Below, piece after piece: positions 58,194-64,000 of a stretch of 64,000 nt of DNA. Origin of the DNA: a virus (taxonomy: Duplodnaviria > Heunggongvirae > Uroviricota > Caudoviricetes). The DNA is taken from IMG/VR virus record IMGVR_UViG_3300033747_000014; one strand, 5' to 3'. A model generated the notes under the pieces. That model did not search any database. It saw only the letters and a program-made list of their open reading frames with translations, and was not told the origin of the DNA. How positions within the stretch are numbered: position 1 is the first letter of the stretch; each line of letters opens with the position of its first letter. Both the position numbers and the translations under genes were made by a program.

Positions 58194-59012
58194 ATGATGA
58201 CTTCTTTAGAAAAAATGCTTTTTGACGTAGAGATGGTAAAAATGCAGGAATTAACTGGAATTCCAGCAAACAGCGATTACGAATATGCCGTATTAGGCCA
58301 TATTAACGGTGAAAAAAGAATTCTGAATGCTTGTTCAGACCGTTACGAATTGGTGGACAATAAAGAGATCTTTCCGCAAATTAGACAAGTTCTAAACGCT
58401 TCTGGTTTGGAGTTTTCAGAATCCTATAGGATGACCCCAAACAATGCCCGCTTTTATGCGGATTACGTGATCGAAAGTGAACAGGCTTCAATTGGATCGG
58501 GTTTTGATATTGTTAAACCTTTGATCAGGGTTCGCCACTCTTACAATGGTATGACCAAATATGGTATTACTTTCGGTTATTATCGCATGGTTTGCGATAA
58601 TGGTCTGGTTGTTCCTGTAGAGGGAAAAGAAGCAACCAACCTGCATATAACAGGCCGTCACACTATCAATATTAGACGGTCTTTTGATACCTTAATTCAA
58701 AGATTGGAAAAGTTTACAACAAACCACCAAATCTATAGCGAAGTATATAACAACCTCGCAAGAAAAGAAGTGGTAAACGTAGAGGATAGAGTAAAAGAGG
58801 TTTTAAACGCCTGTTCTATTCCAGAAACAAGATCCACAACTGTAGTTTTATCCGTCAAAGAAGAAGCTTCAAAACTATATAACGGCCAAATAAATGATTG
58901 GCTTATATATAACGGTGTGAATCAATTAGTACACAAAGGAGAGAGTAAAAAGGTTCTGGAACAAAAAGAAGTTTACGACCATAAAGCAATAAACTTTCTG
59001 GTAAAGCACTAA
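58194..59012 (+). CDS. DUF932/DUF945-family phage protein
   Basis: SDRYELVDN..F, HSYNG and R.VCDNGLV motifs. Confidence 0.8.
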   Translation: MMTSLEKMLFDVEMVKMQELTGIPANSDYEYAVLGHINGEKRILNACSDRYELVDNKEIFPQIRQVLNASGLEFSESYRMTPNNARFYADYVIESEQASIGSGFDIVKPLIRVRHSYNGMTKYGITFGYYRMVCDNGLVVPVEGKEATNLHITGRHTINIRRSFDTLIQRLEKFTTNHQIYSEVYNNLARKEVVNVEDRVKEVLNACSIPETRSTTVVLSVKEEASKLYNGQINDWLIYNGVNQLVHKGESKKVLEQKEVYDHKAINFLVKH

Positions 59013-59030
59013 ACTAAAAAGTTTATCTTT

Positions 59031-59060
59031 AAACCCTGTTCAAAAGAGCAGGGTTTTTTT
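59031..59060 (+). terminator. intrinsic terminator
   Basis: AAACCCTG/CAGGGTTT followed by a T-tract. Confidence 0.8.
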
Positions 59061-59065
59061 ATACC

Positions 59066-59201
59066 TTATAGTACCAGAATTTAAACCAGAAACACACCTA
59101 TTTTAATTTTTTTATCTTGTTTCAGGTTCTTACTCCAGATTGATGGTTAAAGTCTTTAAATAAGCTTATTTTGAATCAGTGTTAATATACGTTAAAGAAT
59201 T
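59066..59201. repeat. intergenic duplication, copy 2
   Basis: near-identical blocks to 56710-56845. Confidence 0.85.
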
Positions 59202-59269
59202 GGATATTGTTTGGATTTTAAATTTAAAGCATTATCTTTGTATTAGTGTTTAACCAAAATGATTGAGAT

Positions 59270-59518
59270 ATGAAAGTACTTAAAGAAAATAACACACATA
59301 AAGCAGTTGAGGATATTGGAGTAATTTCAATCTATTCCAAGGGATGTAGCAAAGAAAATTTTGATCAGGAATTTATTGATAAATTTCCTCACATGTTTGA
59401 GGATGATTTTCTTTTCTCTGTGGATTATGAAGAGGATTTGTTTGCAATCTTTGAACAGTTTGAAGAAAACAGTCGAATCTTGCTTAACGAAGCAAGTGCA
59501 GAATTTAAATTATGTTAA
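59270..59518 (+). CDS. hypothetical acidic protein
   Basis: last plus-strand ORF; own promoter. Confidence 0.7.
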   Translation: MKVLKENNTHKAVEDIGVISIYSKGCSKENFDQEFIDKFPHMFEDDFLFSVDYEEDLFAIFEQFEENSRILLNEASAEFKLC

Positions 59519-59520
59519 CC

Positions 59521-59760
59521 GGGATGGGGGTGTCTGTTTAACATAAGATACCCCCCTACGTATCCCCCCCTCTCCCCCTCCCCCCTATGGGGGTGGTTTT
59601 GGGGGTGGGGGTACAACACCCATAAGATATTTCAAAAATTTTTTTATAAAATTTCACATTCTATAAAACCCTTTTTATAAAAATTTATATATAAAAAATC
59701 AGAATTTCAAAAACCAAATTTATAAAAAATTATAAAACAATATAGGGGGGGGGTGTTTTT
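59521..59760. other. G/C-homopolymer patch with hairpin and G4 potential at the strand convergence
   Basis: four C-runs of 5-7 nt, several G-runs, then TTTTATAAAA-type repeats. Confidence 0.6.
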
Positions 59761-59896
59761 TTCGAACCTCAAAAAAATTTATATAAAAAAATAGGATTCT
59801 GAAAAGGTGTTTTTATAAAAAAATATAACATAAGAAATAAATATTATCTACATCTATTTCTCATGTTATATTTTTATTTAAGGGTGTTGTATTTAT

Positions 59897-60268
59897 TTAG
59901 TCATTATCAAAAGACACTTCTAACCAATCATTTTTAAGCATATCTGTTTGTGATGGTGACCAACCATTAACGATATTTCCATTAGCATCTTTAAGGCATA
60001 AATATGAAGTGAATTTAATTTTAACACATTCATCTGCCGGATACATTCTTTCACCGTTATCATTTAGGGTATCTTGTTTAAAATATTCTTTAACGTTATC
60101 GGGTAATGATTTTACTTTATCGATAACAGTATCAATATGTATTTCATCATCTGGTCTTAAAAATACAAACATATCTTTACCATTCCAACCTAATCTTTGC
60201 ACCAATTTACCTTTTCTTATTAATTCTAAGGCTTGGCTAAAATTTAAACTATCTTTAAGTATTTTCAT
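59897..60268 (-). CDS. tad2: DUF2829 protein, Thoeris anti-defence Tad2-like
   Basis: FSQALELIRKGKLVQRLGWNGKDMFVFL ... NGWSPSQTDMLKNDW. Confidence 0.8.
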   Translation of the reverse strand: MKILKDSLNFSQALELIRKGKLVQRLGWNGKDMFVFLRPDDEIHIDTVIDKVKSLPDNVKEYFKQDTLNDNGERMYPADECVKIKFTSYLCLKDANGNIVNGWSPSQTDMLKNDWLEVSFDND

Positions 60269-60281
60269 ATTATTATTTATT

Positions 60282-60602
60282 TTATATTAAATCATTTCTT
60301 TTATTAATTTCATCAATACGTGAATCAATATCAGATAACTTTAATAATATTGAATATCTTTCATATTTATCAAATATTTTGAAATCGAATCTAATTAAAT
60401 CTTTATAATCATCTTCCATTGACGGATGCCAAATATTAAGATCAAAAATATAGTTAATATCCATAATACAATTAGAAAATGTTTTAACATTATGTATAAC
60501 AGAATCTAATGTTTTTATTTCACCATCAATATATTTCTTCAAGAAAAAGATTATCAAATCTTGAACATATAGCACTTGTATTTTAGTTAAAAGTTTAGTC
60601 AT
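60282..60602 (-). CDS. hypothetical protein
   Basis: start trimmed to MTKLL. Confidence 0.65.
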   Translation of the reverse strand: MTKLLTKIQVLYVQDLIIFFLKKYIDGEIKTLDSVIHNVKTFSNCIMDINYIFDLNIWHPSMEDDYKDLIRFDFKIFDKYERYSILLKLSDIDSRIDEINKRNDLI

Positions 60603-60615
60603 TTGTATATTTTTA

Positions 60616-60816
60616 TTAAAATATCCCATCAATATCAATAGAATTATTTTTATCTATGGGTGGGAAATATTCATCGAGATTATTCATAAGGGTATCATAG
60701 CATTTATCTGAACAAACTGGAGGATCTATAGGCATACCCATACATCCACAATTAGTTCCATCACAACAGACATCTAATTCTATGTCTTTATTACATATAA
60801 TGCAATTACTTTTCAT
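60616..60816 (-). CDS. Cys-rich small protein
   Basis: CIIC..CCDG..CGCMG.P..PPVCS..C. Confidence 0.75.
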   Translation of the reverse strand: MKSNCIICNKDIELDVCCDGTNCGCMGMPIDPPVCSDKCYDTLMNNLDEYFPPIDKNNSIDIDGIF

Positions 60817-60827
60817 ATATAGTAAAT

Positions 60828-61262
60828 TTATTTTCTATTATTCCACATTTCGACTACTTTATGATATGAGTTACAATTCCAATCAGCACCATCTTGTAGA
60901 TAACAATCCTCATTAGTACATCTTATATCATAGTATATTTTATTAATATCACAATCACCTATACCTTCACGTTCTAATTTTTCAGCATTAGAACCACAAA
61001 AAGGACAAGGTAATAAATTAAAAACATCACACTCATTCATGTATTTACAGGTTGCACACCAATGACCTATTGGGTTTTTAAATTTAATATGTGGATTTAA
61101 ACAACCATTATTATTAGATTGATTTGAATCCTCCATTTGATTGAAACATTTTTCAAACTGTTCTCCAAGGTCTTCATTATTATAATCACAATCGTACCCA
61201 ATTGGTTTTTCATCCATCCAATCCAAATACATTGTTATTATTTGAGATATTGTATATTTCAT
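60828..61262 (-). CDS. protein with C-terminal Lar (restriction alleviation)-like Zn domain
   Basis: LLPCPFCGS...IRC...C...WNNRK. Confidence 0.7.
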   Translation of the reverse strand: MKYTISQIITMYLDWMDEKPIGYDCDYNNEDLGEQFEKCFNQMEDSNQSNNNGCLNPHIKFKNPIGHWCATCKYMNECDVFNLLPCPFCGSNAEKLEREGIGDCDINKIYYDIRCTNEDCYLQDGADWNCNSYHKVVEMWNNRK

Positions 61263-61414
61263 GTTCTATTTTTAATTAAATAATATTAATAGACATAATA
61301 AGAATAAACTTATAGCAAAGATTATTATAATTGTGTTTGGTAATTTATGGTAACCATATTCGAATGTTGCTAATTTATCCTTATCGACTTTAGGTATTTT
61401 AATTTTATTTTTTG

Positions 61415-61783
61415 TCATTCCAAATGTTTATAATAAGACCAAGTATTATTACCGTAAGTAATGTTATACTTATCAATATAAGTAAATTCAACACCACCAT
61501 TTTTACCCCAGAATAATGTTATATTAAAATCTGATAGATATGGTGATATTTGAGCATATTGGGTAGAAAATTTATTAAATATAGAATGTAAATCTGATAA
61601 ATTTTTTGCATACCAAGTAATTTTTGGTAACCCCTTTTCTTGTATGGCTTTGCTTAATTCTGAATAATTAAGATTATTTAAAAATTTTATAAATAATTGT
61701 TTTTCCTTTTCTTCTTTCTCTTTTTGTTTATTTGAAACATCGTTTAAAACCTCAACCAGTTTATCTTTTAAATTATTATCCAT
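61415..61783 (-). CDS. hypothetical protein
   Basis: co-oriented ORF. Confidence 0.7.
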   Translation of the reverse strand: MDNNLKDKLVEVLNDVSNKQKEKEEKEKQLFIKFLNNLNYSELSKAIQEKGLPKITWYAKNLSDLHSIFNKFSTQYAQISPYLSDFNITLFWGKNGGVEFTYIDKYNITYGNNTWSYYKHLE

Positions 61784-61788
61784 ATAGA

Positions 61789-62004
61789 TTACAATTTATT
61801 AACTTTAATTATTTGTTCTACATCTTTCGGAGTTATTTCTTCATCATGGATAATATCATAGTGAACAACTTTTTTATCTTTAAATATCTTAAATTTAGAC
61901 CCACCGTTATCATCACAATTATAATCACTGATTAACCATTTATATTGTTGGTTATTTACCATAATGGTTCTAAGGGATTTCATTCTATTTTTGTTTGTAT
62001 TCAT
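61789..62004 (-). CDS. hypothetical protein
   Basis: co-oriented ORF. Confidence 0.65.
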   Translation of the reverse strand: MNTNKNRMKSLRTIMVNNQQYKWLISDYNCDDNGGSKFKIFKDKKVVHYDIIHDEEITPKDVEQIIKVNKL

Positions 62005-62020
62005 AGTAATATTATTTTAA

Positions 62021-62206
62021 TTAACAAAATTTAACTATTATATCTTCGGCCAATGATTTTTTACTAGCTTCATAAATCCATTCTAATGACATGAATGAAT
62101 ATTCTTCTTTCATAAGATCACCAGAATCTTTAATTATTTTTTCTAAGTAATTAGCTAATTCAGCTTTACTAATATATTTATCTAATCTTTTATATGAATC
62201 ATCCAT
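62021..62206 (-). CDS. hypothetical protein
   Basis: co-oriented ORF. Confidence 0.6.
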   Translation of the reverse strand: MDDSYKRLDKYISKAELANYLEKIIKDSGDLMKEEYSFMSLEWIYEASKKSLAEDIIVKFC

Positions 62207-62215
62207 AGATTTATT

Positions 62216-62344
62216 TTAAATTGTTAAACCAATAATTATTGGTATTAGAATAAACATAATTATTATAAATTTTCTAGGGGAGATTGGGAATCCAATATCC
62301 CATATATTATTTTGTTTAAAATTAAAGAAATTGTCTTTTTTCAT
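62216..62344 (-). CDS. small C-terminally anchored membrane peptide
   Basis: start trimmed to MKKDNF. Confidence 0.5.
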   Translation of the reverse strand: MKKDNFFNFKQNNIWDIGFPISPRKFIIIMFILIPIIIGLTI

Positions 62345-62345
62345 T

Positions 62346-62633
62346 TTAAATTTCTTTAATATAATTGATTGTATATCTATCAATATCATCATTAGTAATA
62401 TCATCAATTTTTTCTCTATTACCCCACCACCAAGTTCTAAATTTGGTAATAATTTCTTTATGATTATATGATTGGTGTTTTGTCAAATATTTTTCAAATA
62501 GATTCTCCAGATCAGTAGAAACACTTGGAGCATCAGGGGCATCTTCAGTTATATTTTCTCTTGGAATTTCTTTTACAAGATTATATATTTTATTCCAGAG
62601 TTCACTATGATTTTGTTTGTTATGATTATCCAT
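62346..62633 (-). CDS. hypothetical protein
   Basis: co-oriented ORF. Confidence 0.7.
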   Translation of the reverse strand: MDNHNKQNHSELWNKIYNLVKEIPRENITEDAPDAPSVSTDLENLFEKYLTKHQSYNHKEIITKFRTWWWGNREKIDDITNDDIDRYTINYIKEI

Positions 62634-62723
62634 ACTTATTTTAATTTACTAACAAAATTATTAAATTATTACCCATTAAATTAATTACCATTTGTGCAAT
62701 TTTATGTGATGTAAATTTAATTT

Positions 62724-62999
62724 TTATTTTTCACCAATCCCAATACAATTAATAAGTGTTTTTAATTTTTCTTTTGTGATATAACCATCATAGTCATAAT
62801 TGTGTAAACAAATGATATCTGTTATTTTTAATTTATTTTTTTCATCAATTTCACAAATAAAAAGCATCTCATTTGGTGTACCGACACAATTCATACTTAG
62901 ATCCCTTCTTCTACCTAAGTCATAAGTATAGGTATTTCCTATCGTAAAATGTGGAATTGGTTTAAAACCCATCTCCAATAAATCATCAGTTGTTATCAT
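62724..62999 (-). CDS. conserved phage hypothetical protein
   Basis: own promoter; LLEMGFK and ICLHNYDYDGYIT motifs. Confidence 0.75.
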   Translation of the reverse strand: MITTDDLLEMGFKPIPHFTIGNTYTYDLGRRRDLSMNCVGTPNEMLFICEIDEKNKLKITDIICLHNYDYDGYITKEKLKTLINCIGIGEK

Positions 63000-63162
63000 T
63001 TTTTATTTATTTAAGATTTATACAACAAATATATAAATTTTTATCTATTATACCAAATAATATTTATTAAAAATTGTTTATTTACCACAAATATATAAAT
63101 TTTGTTGGTAATTCTCAACATTAAACTTGAAAAAGAATTTCTTTGTTGGGAATTACCAACTT

Positions 63163-63795
63163 TTATTGAGTTGATGTATAAAGTAATTTATATCTCTTAA
63201 TCATATCATCAGCTAACTCAGGCATATAATCTTTCATTTCCATAGCATAAGTTAACGCTGCTTTTTTACATGCATTAAGATGTCTTTTATCTTTACAACC
63301 ATCATCTAATCTCAAAACAAAATAATCTGAATTAGGGTCAATGGGTTTACCATTTGTTTTAGCAATTTTATATTTACCATATAACCCTTTTGATCTATCC
63401 TTAGATTTATATATTTCAACTTCTTTATCGCAACTCACACAAATTGGTTTACCATTGATTAATTTTATCGGTGGTGTTGTAATATTAATAACATTACGAC
63501 AACTACAGAAGTTACCATCTATTGTTTTTAAATTAGTTTGACACATTTGAATAATTTTATCATAATCTTGATTTTCTTCAGAAAATGGTAAATCTATAAT
63601 TCGATCAATGTTTAACGAACAAAGATGATTAATATTAAATATTGCATGATAATAAGTATTAGTATTATCATCTTTAAACCTTTTGATTGTATCATGTGTT
63701 TTGATGTCAACTACGGACTTTATTTGTTCTTTCCATTTCAAAAAATAGTCTAAATCACGACAAATTACTCCTATATGTTTTTCAGTACCATCCAT
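63163..63795 (-). CDS. two-domain hypothetical protein
   Basis: C-terminal GLYGKYKIAKTNGKPIDP..YFVLRLD..A..YA motif common in phages (from memory). Confidence 0.8.
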   Translation of the reverse strand: MDGTEKHIGVICRDLDYFLKWKEQIKSVVDIKTHDTIKRFKDDNTNTYYHAIFNINHLCSLNIDRIIDLPFSEENQDYDKIIQMCQTNLKTIDGNFCSCRNVINITTPPIKLINGKPICVSCDKEVEIYKSKDRSKGLYGKYKIAKTNGKPIDPNSDYFVLRLDDGCKDKRHLNACKKAALTYAMEMKDYMPELADDMIKRYKLLYTSTQ

Positions 63796-63796
63796 A

Positions 63797-63997
63797 TTAA
63801 TCGTTTTTATTTAAAATACTATTAAGGATTTTAGCAACCTCAGAATTTGTTATATTCATTTGTTGCTTAGGTTTCCTACCTATACGTTCAACCTTTATCA
63901 TGCTATTAATAAAACTCAATGGAATATCATCATCATTATTAGGATAAAGTTCATTGAAAAGCATTTTTGTTGGTACATAACCCAATTCACCTTCCAT
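63797..63997 (-). CDS. hypothetical protein
   Basis: co-oriented ORF. Confidence 0.6.
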   Translation of the reverse strand: MEGELGYVPTKMLFNELYPNNDDDIPLSFINSMIKVERIGRKPKQQMNITNSEVAKILNSILNKND

Positions 63998-64000
63998 ATA

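Noticed and set aside
1140-63541. Counter-strand or nested ORFs in the track (e.g. 1151+, 1798+, 3755+, 7596+, 27451+, 36324+, 43006-, 45949-, 49850-, 55350-, 60009+, 63341+)
   Set aside because: They are shadows of better-supported genes: no promoter or leader, and low-complexity F/I/L/S composition typical of antisense frames in AT-rich DNA.
1-64000. Stop-codon recoding (as in some crAss-like or Lak phages)
   Set aside because: Genes tile densely under the standard code, and no suppressor tRNA is present.

Overview
This is a very AT-rich, gene-dense window that looks like the early/accessory (host-takeover-type) region of a large phage. It holds no structural, packaging, polymerase or rRNA genes. 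Nearly every intergenic gap has a Bacteroidetes-type promoter (TTTG-N19-21-TAnnTTTG) and a TAAAA-type leader, so the host is probably a Bacteroidetes. Genes run on the minus strand from 1 to about 40150, on the plus strand from about 40280 to 59520, and on minus again to the end. Most ORFs are short hypotheticals. Recognisable products: a metallophosphoesterase, a solo TnpB, DUF932, DUF2829/Tad2-like, Lar-like, a ribosomal-S3-like KH protein, a DUF4468-like lipoprotein and three tRNAs (CAT, TCT, TAA). The most unusual content is non-coding: (i) six dispersed copies of an apparently undescribed small RNA (hairpin-GGGC-covarying hairpin-GGAAGAGTRGACTCCA), each with its own promoter; (ii) a four-unit tandem array of ACAGCAA stem-closed RNAs upstream of tRNA-Leu; (iii) two preQ1-I-like leader pseudoknots with G at the ligand-specificity position; (iv) a roughly 190-nt multibranch RNA; (v) hairpin-embedded promoters with covarying arms; (vi) dif-like sites; (vii) two RPPP micro-ORFs; (viii) a G-quadruplex-capable patch at the strand convergence. 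All family assignments and counts were made by eye; no database searches were run.
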